This document shows, piece by piece, positions 38,940 to 53,000 of a stretch of DNA of 64,000 bases. This DNA is from Eledone cirrhosa (taxonomy: Eukaryota), in the NCBI GenBank assembly GCA_964016885.1, contig OZ024741.1, positions 295,058,001 to 295,122,000 of the forward strand. The letters are read 5' to 3'. The position numbers were made by a program, and so were the translations under genes. The notes under the pieces were generated by a model, which saw only the letters and a program-made list of their open reading frames with translations, was not told the DNA's origin and ran no database searches. Positions within the stretch are counted from its first letter, which is position 1. Every line of letters starts with the position of its first letter.

Positions 38940-40111
38940 ATTTATTTATCAAACTTGGGTCAGTTTGTCTTCATGACTTGTTCTTTCGATCTCACTCGAT
39001 AAACCCGCCATTAGCTTTGATGACGGCTTCAAGGCGGCCTCGGAACCAGTTACAGGCCTTCATCACTGTCCCCCGACTTAGGCCCCTAAAGGCACTTGTG
39101 ATCCTGGCCTTCAGATCGTCTTTCGTATTGCAGCTAGATCTGTTGGTGTCTCATTCCACTGCGCCCCACACAAAGAAGTCGAGGGGTTGCAGTCAGGCGA
39201 GCTGGGAGGCCAGATGTCAGGTGAAATGTGGTTGACAAAGTTCTCTGACATCCAGGCTTGGGTCTTTTGGCTGGTATGGCAGGGTGCTGAGTCTTGCTGC
39301 CACACGTACGGCCTACCTGCAGCTACCTGGTCGATCCAGGGCTTTACTATCTCGCTCAGAATGCGGATGTAGCCATTGGTGTTCAGCTTGATGCCTTCAG
39401 GGAAGAAGTGAGGTGGCGTGACGCCACCTTGACTGCTGACGACACTTAAGACCAATGTTGTCGCTGGAAACTTTGTCTTCTGGTCTTGGCAGAAGTTTTT
39501 CTCGTCGGAGACAAACCACAGCATGTCTGGCTCCAGTCGGTGTTTCAACTTGTTGATCAGCTTCTTTGTGTGCTTCAGTTGCTTTTCTTGCATCGCCTTT
39601 GACAGAAATTGTCCTTTCCTCATCTTGTATTAAACGTAGCGAATGTCTTCATGTACCACCAGCCTAATGAGCTTTTCATCCACGCCTTTCTCACTTGCAA
39701 TGGCACGCATCGACTTGCTAGGTTCATTGTTGATGATATCCTGAACTTCAGTGACGAACTCGGGCGTTCTGAAGGCGTCAGATCATCGATCATGTGTTTT
39801 CCTCTCTGATGTTGTGTTGTAGTCGAATCCTGAATCTTCCAATTCCTTTCTGACCTTTTCTACCATTCTCCTGCTGACGCTGAGAAAGTCTGAAATTTCC
39901 TTATTTGTCCTCCCGGCGTGGATTCCAAGAAGAACTCTGTGTCTCTTCCACAAATCTGGAGGTTCAAAATTATTCACAATCAATTATTCTGAAAATAAAT
40001 AATGGAAATATAGTCACTGTTTTTTATTAAGACAAGAGTGACAACGGAAGTAAAAAATATGTGCATAAAATTAGCAGTTGAAAATTGCAAACAAATATCG
40101 TCCGCACCCTG
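38940..40111 (-). mobile_element. Decayed Tc1/mariner-superfamily transposon, DD37D (maT-like)
   Basis: SDEKNF, WQQDSAPCH, WPPSSPDCNP then frameshifted LDFFVWG gives D-37-D spacing; HTH-like N-terminus in ORF 39783-39983; terminus TA-CAGGGTG at 40111; other TIR not found. Confidence 0.88.
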
Positions 40112-40441
40112 TATGTATATATATATATGTATGTATGTATGTATATGTATGTATGTATATGTATGTATGTGTATATGTATGTATATAAATATATATATGT
40201 ATGTATATATATATATTTATGTAACGTAGGAAGTGTGGGAAGGAACCAAGTGGACCATAGCGCACCAGAGTACTCAATACTTTGGGTAGTTGAGTGGGTA
40301 ATAGGAAAAGAGTCAGAACCCCACTGGGGTTCTAACTATTTAGTCAGGCTATTTAACCCCTAGTTAGTGTGGATGGCCATTGACTTGAGGATTTCATCCA
40401 TCCTCATCCTTGTAACTGTGTATTTATAAATATTATAAATA

Positions 40442-40575
40442 AAGCCAGATCAGTTCCTGTATGAGCAAGGCATGGTCAGCCGACCAGACACTGCCCACAA
40501 CAGGACAACCCGTCTAACCCATGCTAGCGTGGAAGAACGGACGTAAAACGGTGATGATGATGATGATGATGATGA
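40442..40575 (+). mobile_element. RTE type-A 3' end
   Basis: Reverse complement of 1245-1372. Confidence 0.88.
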
Positions 40576-40793
40576 TTAATGTCTTTAAACTGGCCATTCA
40601 GAATTACAGTTTTTAAACAGATCATGTGACATACTTAGGTTTCCTTCCGTAAACAAAATACATACTTGTTTCTCTTGTTAGATAATTCACTTCACATGGA
40701 ATTTCAAATGATAAAATTAATTCAGGCACCAACAATTTGTGCAATTGTGCAACTGATGTTAACTTGTGGAAGATAAATGCCAAAACATGTGAG

Positions 40794-40873
<80 letters not shown>

Positions 40874-41522
40874 ATGTGTGTATGTGTTTTAGTCTATTGC
40901 TACATGTTATCTTGACAAGTAGATGGCTTAATGGTTAGGGTGTTGGACTGTGGATCACAAGTTTGTGGGTTTGATTTCTTGACTGAGCAGTGTTATATTC
41001 TTAAGCAAGTTTCTTCATTTCATATTATTTTTTATGATGACTGAGGCTTTTAACACCTAAGAAATCTCCTTTGAGATATAACTTTGTTGGAGGCCAGCTA
41101 AACCTGATTTGGTGTGTGTTGTAAATGTCATTTCATTTTCTATTTTTATATAGTATATGAGATTTACTAGGTTAGTTAATTATTGTAACAATAGTAAAAA
41201 ATGCTGACTTTACCTGCTTCGATTACAAGAAGCTTGAGAACTCCTCACATGAATGATACAGTGATCTGTCTAATAAACACAAAAACACATTGTTATCTCA
41301 GTCATTTAAAAGAAAAAAATAATACTAATCATTGTCTTCAATTGTTCTATTTTTACTACACTTATTTTCCAACATCTTGTTGCCTGTTAATTATTATTTG
41401 AAGAAGTTACTGTTGTTCCCACTGTAATTATCCTTAATAAAACAAAACAAAAAAATGTCTCAGCATTATTTCAGCAGCATAGTAGACACCTGTATAGTTG
41501 AATTTTGTTTTATTGGTTTATA

Positions 41523-41914
41523 CTCTCAGGTCCCAAATAATGGGGGATGAGATGGAATAAGCAGTAGGGTTGGAAAATCGATAATTTTTGTAGGTTGTCT
41601 CCCTTGATTTCTTTTTAAAAACCAGAATTAGTTGTTTAGTTTACATATTGTGACCTCAACTCATCCTATTTATTTTATAACGTATGAGATTTCTTGTAAT
41701 GTTCTTTTCTTTTGTCATGTATAACGTTTTTTAATGTCTAAAGAAAGAATATGAATTGTCGCAAGAATGTTACTACTTAAAATAAAATTTTGCCAGAGAT
41801 AGATAAGTAAAATTGAATAAGTAGGTGGGGGGGGGGGAATAAGAGTGGGGATGGGTGGAAAAATCTGAAAAATTAATAAGCAGGGTCTGGGGACGATTAT
41901 TCGAGATCTGAAAG
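41523..41914. mobile_element. TA-flanked MITE (CTCAGGTC family)
   Basis: TA-CTCTCAGGTCCCAAATAAT...ATTATTCGAGATCTGAAAG-TA. Confidence 0.82.
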
Positions 41915-43289
41915 TAATTATTATCGGAAAATGTTACTACTGCTCCCACTGTAATTATCCTACATAAATCAAATAAATGTATCACCATTGTTAGTTATTT
42001 CAGCAACCTAGCAGACACCCGTATAGTTGAATTTTGTTTTATTATTTTATATGTTTTAAAAAAGAAAAATTAAGTACACATTCTAATTTATTTTGCATTA
42101 TTTTGGCTAATTTCTTTTTATATATATTTTTTGTTGTTGTAGTGATTAAAAATAGCATTTTGAATAAAACTTTTGCATATTCACATGGTAGAATTACATA
42201 TGTCTGTCTTTTAATTTGAAAAGATTCTTCTTTGCTTTATAACATTTTGTCTGGGATTCTTTCATTTTTCTAATGATTTTTTTTCCAATCAAATTTGCCT
42301 CGAAATAGGGGTATCTTTATGAAAAGTTCTTTTAACAAAGTCTTTCATTATATAAAACACACACACACAGACATATGTATATATATAACATCAATTTAGT
42401 TTATCACATTGTAAGATATTTGTAACTTGACAAAGTCATGATGACATTGAGAAATAACGAAATATAAATCAATGTTAGTGTGTGTCTAAAAACAGCAATT
42501 ATTGATTTCAATGCTAAGGAACCTACTACACTTAAAGACTATAAGTGTCAAATTGTTTTTGTTGAAGTGTTGGAATTATAAAGAAAAGAATACAATACTC
42601 TCTCTTACACCCTACCATACTTGCTCTGAAATTGTCAAATTCTCTAAACAAGTTTCTGATAATAAATTGGTAGCACATTTTTAAACAATATTCATCACTG
42701 CTTTCATTCTTATTCTCATTGATTCATGTTGTTATATTGGTTACAGTCCATAATAATGTAATAGAACTGAGATAGTTCTGCTTCACATGCAGTTTACACA
42801 ACTCCTAAACCTTTTTGTCAGCACAACATTATCATTTATTTACAGCCCAAAGTTATCACCCCTGTTTACTAAAGATCACATTATACTTCCTTCCTCAACA
42901 GATTTATTTATTTACATCATTATCATCATCATAGCCACCATCAACACAACCATCATTGATTTCATGTTGTATTTTTTCTGTGCTGGCATAGGTTTGACAA
43001 ACCTTTTTGAACCAGTATTTCTTCAGCTGGATATCCTTCCTAATGCCAGTGCACACTCTATTTACATCGATGGACTATACCACTTGTTTCTGTTGAAATG
43101 CTATGTTGTGGAATATAATGCTTACTCAGGAATTAACTGATTGTCAATAGTTGTATAAAGCATCATTGGTAAACTGACACACACACAGACAACATGCTTC
43201 ATTTACAGTTTACATCAATTAAATTCACTCACAAGGTATTGGTCAGCCTGGGGTTATAGTAGTTAAGTCCCTTGTCCATCATATCACAC

Positions 43290-44340
43290 CCTATAGACAA
43301 TCTTATTAGATCATATTCTATGTTGGTGATGTATACAAAAGAAAAAGCAATCTCTAAAGCATTATTAAGAAGGGCGGTGGATTGGCAGTATCGGTAGAGG
43401 GTCGGACGCCATGCTTTGCAGCACAGTTACGTCCCTTTACGGACTGAGTTCAAATCCCGCCGAGGTTAACTTTGCCTTTCATCCTTACGGGGTCGATAAA
43501 ATAAAGTACCAGTAATACACTGGGATAATTGCTGGCCTTGTGCCAAAAAGTAGAAACAATTATTAAGAAGGGTCTTAGAAATAGTGGAATAGAAATCTAT
43601 GGTGTCAAACTGTGAATTTGGTCCTGTTCTTAAAGGGGGGTTCCAGATAACCAGGACATAACAATTGTGTTATTCCACATTGAGAGATTGGTGTTCTTAA
43701 TAATACAAGTGTTGGTGTATCTTAAACATTTTACTAGCTAGTTCTAACTCTGTCCTTGCAGTATTTATTAATCTACAGCTAGGCTCATTTGTGAAATCAG
43801 GTTTGTGATCTTTCAGGGTAATGAAGGCATCACATTCTGCTAAGCATTCTACTCTATTCTCTATTTTAAAATTTGTGGCAATATCTTTGGCTTCATCATT
43901 AATCTTGTTATATGTGTTAGATTTGACATTCTGGTATTTATTTGCTATGTTATTAAGGATAAGGTTGTTATACTTTTCCTTATCTAGTACATCCAAATTC
44001 TTTGCTTTGTTCAAAAGTACAAAAACCTTCTTAGTCGATTTGAAGTTTTTAATGTCATTTGCAAGAAGTGTATGTTGGAAGGGATTATGATACATATGCA
44101 ACTTAATGGTAGCGACTAAATCTAATGGGTCAGCTTCAAAAGGGGCTAAGTCCTTAACTTAGGGGGGGGGGGGTTACTGAATGGATGTATCGTTAAATTT
44201 CTCGGTGGCAGTGGTGGCCATCTCACTGTCGAACAGAAGAGCCTTCCATCTCATCCTATGAACAGCAGTGTAAGGAGTGTTGGTAGATGTCGGAATGTTT
44301 TTGGTGGAATAATCTATCTTGTATAGATTCACATGTAGTA
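43290..44340 (-). pseudogene. Penelope-like retroelement ORF relic (N-terminal region and start of RT)
   Basis: YSTKNIP..RMRWKA, AFITLKDHKPDF..PSCRLIN.A..EL, then QFDTIDFYSTISKTLL (FDIxxxYPSI-type motif); stops and frameshifts; split by a SINE. Confidence 0.8.
43372..43564 (+). mobile_element. Young full-length SINE family B inside the Penelope-like relic
   Basis: TSD attattaagaaggg on both sides; intact A and B boxes. Confidence 0.92.
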
Positions 44341-45027
44341 GTGATAAACATATACTAATGTCGAAAGAATGTGCAACAAAATGGCTAGAGTCAGTTGAAA
44401 TAATATTCCGAAGGTCTGTAAAAGTTCCACATAGGAGCAATATATATATGTAGAAAATATCCATAGGTGTGAAAAAGGAAAAAGGATACAGTGCTCACTT
44501 TGGAAGAGAGCTGATATATCATTTATTTATGTTTTCAAAAGCCTACTACTTGATAAATGGATGTACTCAATAAAATTTAACTGATTTTCAACCACCTTAA
44601 TTTGATTTATATACTTTCTTAATGTCTTTTCTTTCTCTTTCCACACTTACATGATACAGTACACCTTCTTTACTACTATTCTCCATACCTTAATAAATGT
44701 TACCATCTCTATATTAAATACCACCTCATAATACCATACATCTGCTATAGTGCACGAATACTAGCATGTGTACAATTTTGCTATTTCAAATTTACATCTT
44801 GGAGTTATTTCCCCTTTTTATAATACGTTTTTGGGGGGTTTTTTTTCGTAAACTAGCGTTTTTAGCACACTATACTATTTACGGTATCTTAAAAGATAAT
44901 TTAAGCACCTGAAACTTAGGTGGATTTAGATCCCTCTTACAGTCTAGAGATATGGTCAATATTGGGCCTTGAAACCTTAAGCAGCACTTTTGTTCCATCT
45001 ATGAACATGAATAAATAATATAATATA

Positions 45028-45317
45028 CAGTGTACCCGTGGCATTTGTGGTGGTCCCGGCATGCGCGGTCCCAGTTATTCGCGGAATCATAAATATGTTC
45101 CGTTATTTTTTAATGGATTTTTTCATGGCAATATATATTTTTCCACTCTTTTTAATCCTAAATTATTAATAACAATATACCGTATTTGCCAGCCTATATT
45201 TAACGTCATGTTTTGATATTTATAGACATTTTTATGTACCACGTCCAATAATCATGGTTGTTCTCTCTTTGCGGGTGCTCTAGGAACATAACCCCTGTGA
45301 ATACCGGGGTACAACTG
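45028..45317. mobile_element. Tigger/pogo-type MITE
   Basis: TA-CAGTGTACCC...GGGGTACAACTG-TA imperfect TIRs. Confidence 0.7.
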
Positions 45318-45447
45318 TATATATATATATGGATAATCTTCTGTTCATAGATTGGCTTTCAAAATGTTTATCTATTACACATACTGTATATCTTTAGATA
45401 TACGAAATTCACATACATATATGTCTACAACAATGACAAAGCTAAAT

Positions 45448-45858
45448 TTCCTTCATCATCTCCTCGGTCAGTTTCAGCGATCTGAGGTCTGCTCTCACCA
45501 CCTCCGCTCATGTTTTACATGGTCTACCTTTTCTGCATCTTCCCTCCACTGGGACTTCCTGGCACTTCTTCACCCAGTGGTCATCCTCCATGCGCATCAC
45601 ATGTCCATACCATCTCAGCCTTCTCTCCTGCACACCACAACTTATCCTTCTTATACCCAGTTTCTTTCCCATCTCGTCTATGCTTGGTCATTCACGCATA
45701 TTGGCATTCCACATCCAATGGAGCATACTTGCTTCATTTCTCTCCAACCATCGCATATCTTTTGCAGTTGCTGCCCATGTCTCACTACCATGCACCATCG
45801 CGCATCTCACACAGGCATCATATAACCATCCTTTCGTACGCAGGGAGAAACCCATCTT
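45448..45858 (-). mobile_element. RTE type-C internal fragment
   Basis: GFSLRTKGWLYDACVRCAMVHGSETW in ORF 45688-45873. Confidence 0.9.
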
Positions 45859-46268
45859 TGTACGTGTATTCATATTATATGACTATATATATATGTGTGT
45901 GTATAGAACATAAATTAATTTCAAAATACATTTTGCAGATCTCACATTCAGATTTAAAAAATAGATATTCAATTGAAAAAATATCAAAGTAACGTCATAG
46001 GTTGGGTTTCTTTCACTTTTACTTCTTTACTAAAGTGGTTTGTAACAAAAAAAAAAGAAACAAAATATCTATTGATTTGAGGTTTTTGACATCAAACTTG
46101 CTTTCACAAATGACATCACACTGTCATTGGCTTATGTTACACCTGTACAAGGTGGCTGGTGCTAGAAATATAGAAAACTTTTCAACTGCATTTTATATGT
46201 AATGTTCTATTATCTCCTCTTCCTTCCTCTCTCCCTCTTTCTCCCTATCCCCACTCAGTCTCTCTCTC

Positions 46269-46305
<37 letters not shown>

Positions 46306-46620
46306 AATGATGATGATGTTATATGGAATGGTAGAAGCTGGAGCTGTTGTTGGTAAGAAATACAGGCATCTGAAGGTGACTTTCATTCCACCAAAATCTA
46401 AACTATCTGCATTGATGAAACCAACTGAAGTAATTATCCTTATAAAATATAAATGCACACAAGTACAGTGGTTACCTCTTTTTACTTGTGAGCCTGATAT
46501 TTTCATCAACCTTCATAAAATGGAAATGTTAGCCATCATTCTAATGGATAATAAAGGCAATAGAATTAGATGTGATAAGATGGACTTAGCAAGAATGAAA
46601 ATGAGGAAATAGCATTTTAA

Positions 46621-46823
46621 CCCTTTAGCATTTAAACCACCCATATTCGGCCAGAATTCTCTCACCTCTTTCTGTTCAAACCAGCTGTAACTGGCCACTC
46701 ATACTGATATTAGATATTGTTCTCAAAATCTCATAGATTCAATATTATAAGATAATTATGTGAGGTAAATATTTTACAATGAAAATATAATAGTAAATAT
46801 AGAGTAATGTAAATGCTAAAGGG
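46621..46823. mobile_element. piggyBac-type MITE
   Basis: TTAA-CCCTTTAGCATTTA...TAAATGCTAAAGGG-TTGA; perfect 14-bp TIR. Confidence 0.85.
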
Positions 46824-47046
46824 TTGATCCATTAAAAAATAAAGTAACACATACAAAACCTAGTGCATTCATCATTTATTTCATCATGTCAATATTTTTG
46901 TCTCACTGTTTGCAGCCTAGTCACTGAGTTGCAGTAGTATTGTATCAATGTGATGAAGATTGTGGTAAAATGAAATAGATGATAAATGTAACAATTGTTT
47001 TGTGTGTGTGTTTTTTAATTGCTAAAGTGACTCTTCTAAATTATTC

Positions 47047-50000
47047 AGATCATGCCAATTACCAGTCTAGTACCACACAGAGTCTTAGATCATGTCAATC
47101 ACCAGTCTAGTACACCACACAGTCTTAGATCATGTCAATTACCAGTCTAGTACAACACAGAGTCTTAGATCATGTCAATTACCAGTCTAGTACAACACAG
47201 TCTTAGATCATGTCAATCACCAGTCTAGTACACCACACAGTCTTAGATCATGTCAATTACCAGTCTAGTACAACACACAGTCTTAGATCATTTCAATTGC
47301 CAGTCTAGTACACTACACAGTCTTAGATGATGTCAATTACCAGTCTAGTACAACACACAGTCTTAGATCATGTCAATTGCCAGTCTAGAACAACACACAA
47401 TCTTAGATCATGTCAATTACCGGTCTAGTACACCACACAATCTTAGATCATGTCAATTACCGGTCTAGTACACCACACAGTCTTAGATCATGTCAATTAC
47501 CAGTCTAGTACAACACACAGTCTTAGATCATGTCAATCACTAGTCTAGTACAACACAGTCTTAGATCATGTCAATTGCCAGTCTAGTACAAAGCAGTCTT
47601 AGATCATGTCAATTGCCAGTCTAGTACACCACACAGTCTTAGATCATGTCAATTGCCAGTCTAGTACAATACAGTCTTAGATCATGTCAATTACCAATCT
47701 AGTACAACACACAGTCTTAGATCATGTCAATCACCAGTCTAGTACAACACACAGACTTAGATCATGTCAATTGCCAGTCTAGTGAAATGCAGTCTTAGAT
47801 CATGTCAATCACCCGTCTAGTACAACACACAGTCTCAGATCCTGTCATTGCCAGTCTAGTACAATTCAGTCTTAGATCATGTCAATTGCTAGTCTAGTAC
47901 ACCACACAGTCTTAGATCATGTCAATTACCAGTCTAGTACAATACAGTCTTAGATCATGTCAATTACCAGTCTAGTACAACAAACAGTCTTAGCTCAGCT
48001 CATGTCAATTGACAGTCTAGTACAACACAGTTTTAGATCATGTCAATTACCAGCCTAGTACAACACAGAGTCTTAGATAATGTCAACTGCCAGTCTAGTA
48101 CAATGTAGTCTTAGCTCATGTCAATCACCAGTGTAGTACAACACACAATCTTAGATCATGTCAATTACCAGTCTAGTACAACACACAGTCTTACATCATG
48201 TCAATCACCAGTGTAGTACACCACACTATCTTAGATCATGTCAATCACCTTTGTAGTACACCACACAGTCTTAGATCATGTCAATCACCAGTCTAGTACA
48301 CCACACAGTCTTAGATCATGTCAATTGCCAGTCTAGTACAACACTGTCTTAGATCATGTCAATTACCAGTCTAGTACACCACACAGTCTTAGATCATGTC
48401 AATCACGAGTCTAGTACAACACACAGTCTTAGATAATGTCAATTGCCAGTCTAGTACAATGCAGTCTTAGATCATGTCAATCACCAATCTAGTACAACAC
48501 ACATTCTTAGATCATGTCAATAACCAGTCTAGTTCAACACACAGATTTAGATCATGTCAATCTCCAGTCTAGTACACCACGCAGACTTAGATCATGTCAA
48601 TTACCAGTCTAGTACAACACACAGTCTTAGATCATGTAAATTGCCAGTCTAGTACAACACACAGTCTTAGATCATGTCAATTACCAGTCTAGTACAATGC
48701 TGTCTTAGATCATGTAAATTGCCAGTCTAGTACACCACACAGTCATAGATCATGTCAATTACCAGTCTAGTACACCACACAGTCTTAGATCATGTAAATT
48801 GCCAGTCTAGTACAATGCAGTCTTAGATCATGTCAATGACCAGTCTAGTATGCCACACAGTCTGAGATCATGTCAATTGCTAGTCTAGTACACCACACAA
48901 TCTTAGATCATGTCAATCACCAGTCTAGTACACCACACTACCTTAGATCATGTCAATCACCTGTGTAGTACACAACACAGTCTCAGATCATGTCAATCAC
49001 TAGTCTAGTACAACACAGTCTTAGATCATGTCAATTACCAATCTAGTACAACACACAGTCTTAGATCAGGTTAGTAACCAGTCTCATACAACACACAGAT
49101 TTAGATCATGTCAATTACCAGTCTAGTACACCTCACAGTCTTACATCATGTCAATCACCAGTCTAGTACACCACACAGTCTTAGATCATGTCAATTACCA
49201 GTCTAGTACAACACACTGTCTTAGATCATGTGAATCACCGGTCTAGTACACGACACAATCTTAGATCATGTTAATTACCAGTCTAGTACACCACACAGTC
49301 TTAGATCATGTCAATTACCAGTCTAGTACACCACACAGTCTCAGATCATGTCGATTACCAGTCTAGTACACCACACTGTCTTAGATCATGTCAATCACCA
49401 GTCTAGTACACCACACAGTCTTAGATCATGTCAATTACCAGTCTAGTACAACACACAGTCTTATATCATATAAATTACCAGTCTAGTACACCACACTATC
49501 TTAGATCATGTCAATCACCTGTCTAGTACACCACACAGTCTTAGATCATGTCAATCACTAGTCTAGTACAACACTTTCTTAGATCATGTCAATTACCAGT
49601 CTAGTACAACACACAGTCTTATATCATGTCAATCACGAGTCTAGTACAACACACAGTCTTAGATCATGTCAATAACCAGTCTAGTACAACACACAGATTT
49701 AGATCATGTCAATCTCCAGTCTAGTACACCACACAGTCTTAGAACATGTCAATTACCAGTCTAGTACAACACACAGTCTCAGATCATGTAAATTGCCAGT
49801 CTAGTACAATGCAGTCTTAGATCATGTCAATCACCAGTCAAGTACAACACATAGTCTTAGCTCATGTCAATTACCAGTCTAGTACACCACACAGTCTTAG
49901 ATCATGTCAATCACTAGTCTAGTACAACACTGTCTTAGATCAGGTCAATTACCAGTCTAGTACACCACACAATCTTAGATCATGTCAATGACCAGTCTAG

Positions 50001-53000
50001 TACATCACACTGTCTTAGATCATGTCAATTACCAGTCTAGTACACCACACAGTCTTAGATCATGTCAATCACCAGTCTAGTACACCACACAATCTTAGAT
50101 CATGTCAATTACCAGTCTAGTACAATACACAGTCTTAGCTCATGTCAATCACCAGTGTAGTACAGCACACAATCTTAGATCATGTCAATTACCAGTCTAG
50201 TACAACACACAGTCTTACATCATGTCAATCACCAGTGTAGTACACCACACTATCTTAGATCATGTCAATCACCTTTGTAGTACACCACACAGTCTTAGAT
50301 CATGTCAATCACCAGTCTAGTACACCACACAGTCTTAGGTCATGTCAATTGCCAGTCTAGTACAACACTGTCTTAGATCATGTCAATTACCAGTCTAGTA
50401 CACCACACAGTCTTAGATCATGTCAATCATGAGTCTAGTACAACACACAGTCTTAGATAATGTCAATTGCCAGTCTAGTACAATGCAGTCATAGATCATG
50501 TCAATCACCAATCTAGTACAACACACATTCTTAGATCATGTCAATAACCAGTCTAGTTCAACACACAGATTTAGATCATGTCAATCTCCAGTCTAGTACA
50601 CCACGCAGACTTAGATCATGTCAATTACCAGTCTAGTACAACACACAGTCTTAGATCATGTAAATTGCCAGTCTAGTACAACATACAGTCTTAGATCATG
50701 TCAATTGCCAGTCTAGTACAACACACAGTCTTAGATCATGTCAATTACCAGTCTAGTACAATGCAGTCTTAGATCATGTAAATTGCCAGTCTAGTACACC
50801 ACACAGTCATAGATCATGTCAATTACCAGTCTAGTACACCACACAGTCTTAGATCATGTAAATTGCCAGTCTAGTACAATGCAGTCTTAGATCATGTCAA
50901 TGACCAGTCTAGTACACCACACAGTCTGAGATCATGTCAATTGCTAGTCTAGTACACCACACAATCTTAGATCATGTCAATCACCAGTCTAGTACACCAC
51001 ACTACCTTAGATCATGTCAATCACCTGTGTAGTACACAACACAGTCTCAGATCATGTCAATCACTAGTCTAGTACAACACAGTCTTAGATCATGTCAATT
51101 ACCAATCTAGTACAACACACAGTCTTAGATCATGTTAATAACCAGTCTCATACAACACACAGATTTAGATCATGTCAATTACCAGTCTAGTACACCTCAC
51201 AGTCTTACATCATGTCAATCACCAGTCTAGTACACCACACAGTCTTAGATCATGTCAATTACCAGTCTAGTACAACACACTGTCTTAGATCATGTGAATC
51301 ACCGGTCTAGTACACAACACAATCTTAGATCATGTTAATTACCAGTCTAGTACACCACACAGTCTTAGATCATGTCAATTACCAGTCTAGTACACCACAC
51401 AGTCTCAGATCATGTCAATTACCAGTCTAGTACACCACACTGTCTTAGATCATGTCAATCACCAGTCTAGTACACCACACAGTCTTAGATCATGTCAATT
51501 ACCAGTCTAGTACAACACACAGTCTTATATCATGTAAATTACCAGTCTAGTACACCACACTATCTTAGATCATGTCAATCACCATTCTAGTACACCACAC
51601 TATCTTAGATCATGTCAATCACCTGTCTAGTACACCACACAGTCTTAGATCATGTCAATTACTAGTCTAGTACAACACTTTCTTAGATCATGTCAATTAC
51701 CAGTCTAGTACAACACACAGTCTTATATCATGTCAATCACGAGTCTAGTACAACACACAGTCTTATATCATGTCAATAACCAGTCTAGTACAACACACAG
51801 ATTTAGATCATGTCAATCTCCAGTCTAGTACACCACACAGTCTTAGAACATGTCAATTACCAGTCTAGTACAACACACAGTCTCAGATCATGTAAATTGC
51901 CAGTCTAGTACAATGCAGTCTTAGATCATGTCAATCACCAGTCAAGTACAACACATAGTCTTAGCTCATGTCAATTACCAGTCTAGTACACCACACAGTC
52001 TTAGATCATGTCAATCACTAGTCTAGTACAACACTATCTTAGATCATGTCAATTACCAGTCTAGTACACCACACAATCTTAGATCATGTCAATGACCAGT
52101 CTAGTACAACACACTGTCTTAGATCATGTCAATTACCAGTCTAGTACACCACACAGTCTTAGATCATGTCAATTGCTAGTCTAGTACACCACACAATCTT
52201 AGATCATGTCAATCACCAGTCTAGTACACCACACTACCTTAGATCATGTCAATCACCTGTGTAGTACACAACACAGTCTCAGATCATGTCAATCACTAGT
52301 CTAGTACAACACAGTCTTAGATCATGTCAATTACCAATCTAGTACAACACACAGTCTTAGATCATGTTAATAACCAGTCTCATACAACACACAGATTTAG
52401 ATCATGTCAATTACCAGTCTAGTACACCTCACAGTCTTACATCATGTCAATCACCAGTCTAGTACACCACACAGTCTTAGATCATGTCAATTACCAGTCT
52501 AGTACAACACACTGTCTTAGATCATGTGAATCACCGGTCTAGTACACGACACAATCTTAGATCATGTTAATTACCAGTCTAGTACACCACACAGTCTTAG
52601 ATCATGTCAATTACCAGTCTAGTACACCACACAGTCTCAGATCATGTCAATTACCAGTCTAGTACACCACACTGTCTTAGATCATGTCAATCACCAGTCT
52701 AGTACACCACACAGTCTTAGAACATGTCAATTACCAGTCTAGTACAACACACAGTCTCAGATCATGTAAATTGCCAGTCTAGTACAATGCAGTCTTAGAT
52801 CATGTCAATCACCAGTCAAGTACAACACATAGTCTTAGCTCATGTCAATTACCAGTCTAGTACACCACACAGTCTTAGATCATGTCAATCACTAGTCTAG
52901 TACAACACTATCTTAGATCATGTCAATTACCAGTCTAGTACACCACACAATCTTAGATCATGTCAATGACCAGTCTAGTACAACACACTGTCTTAGATCA

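Noticed and set aside
46916-46964. Possible internal exon (tttgcag...gtaaaa); similar candidates near 17488 and 56648
   Set aside because: Stop codon in the phase needed to join the 21169 exon, or too short, with weak donors and no homology
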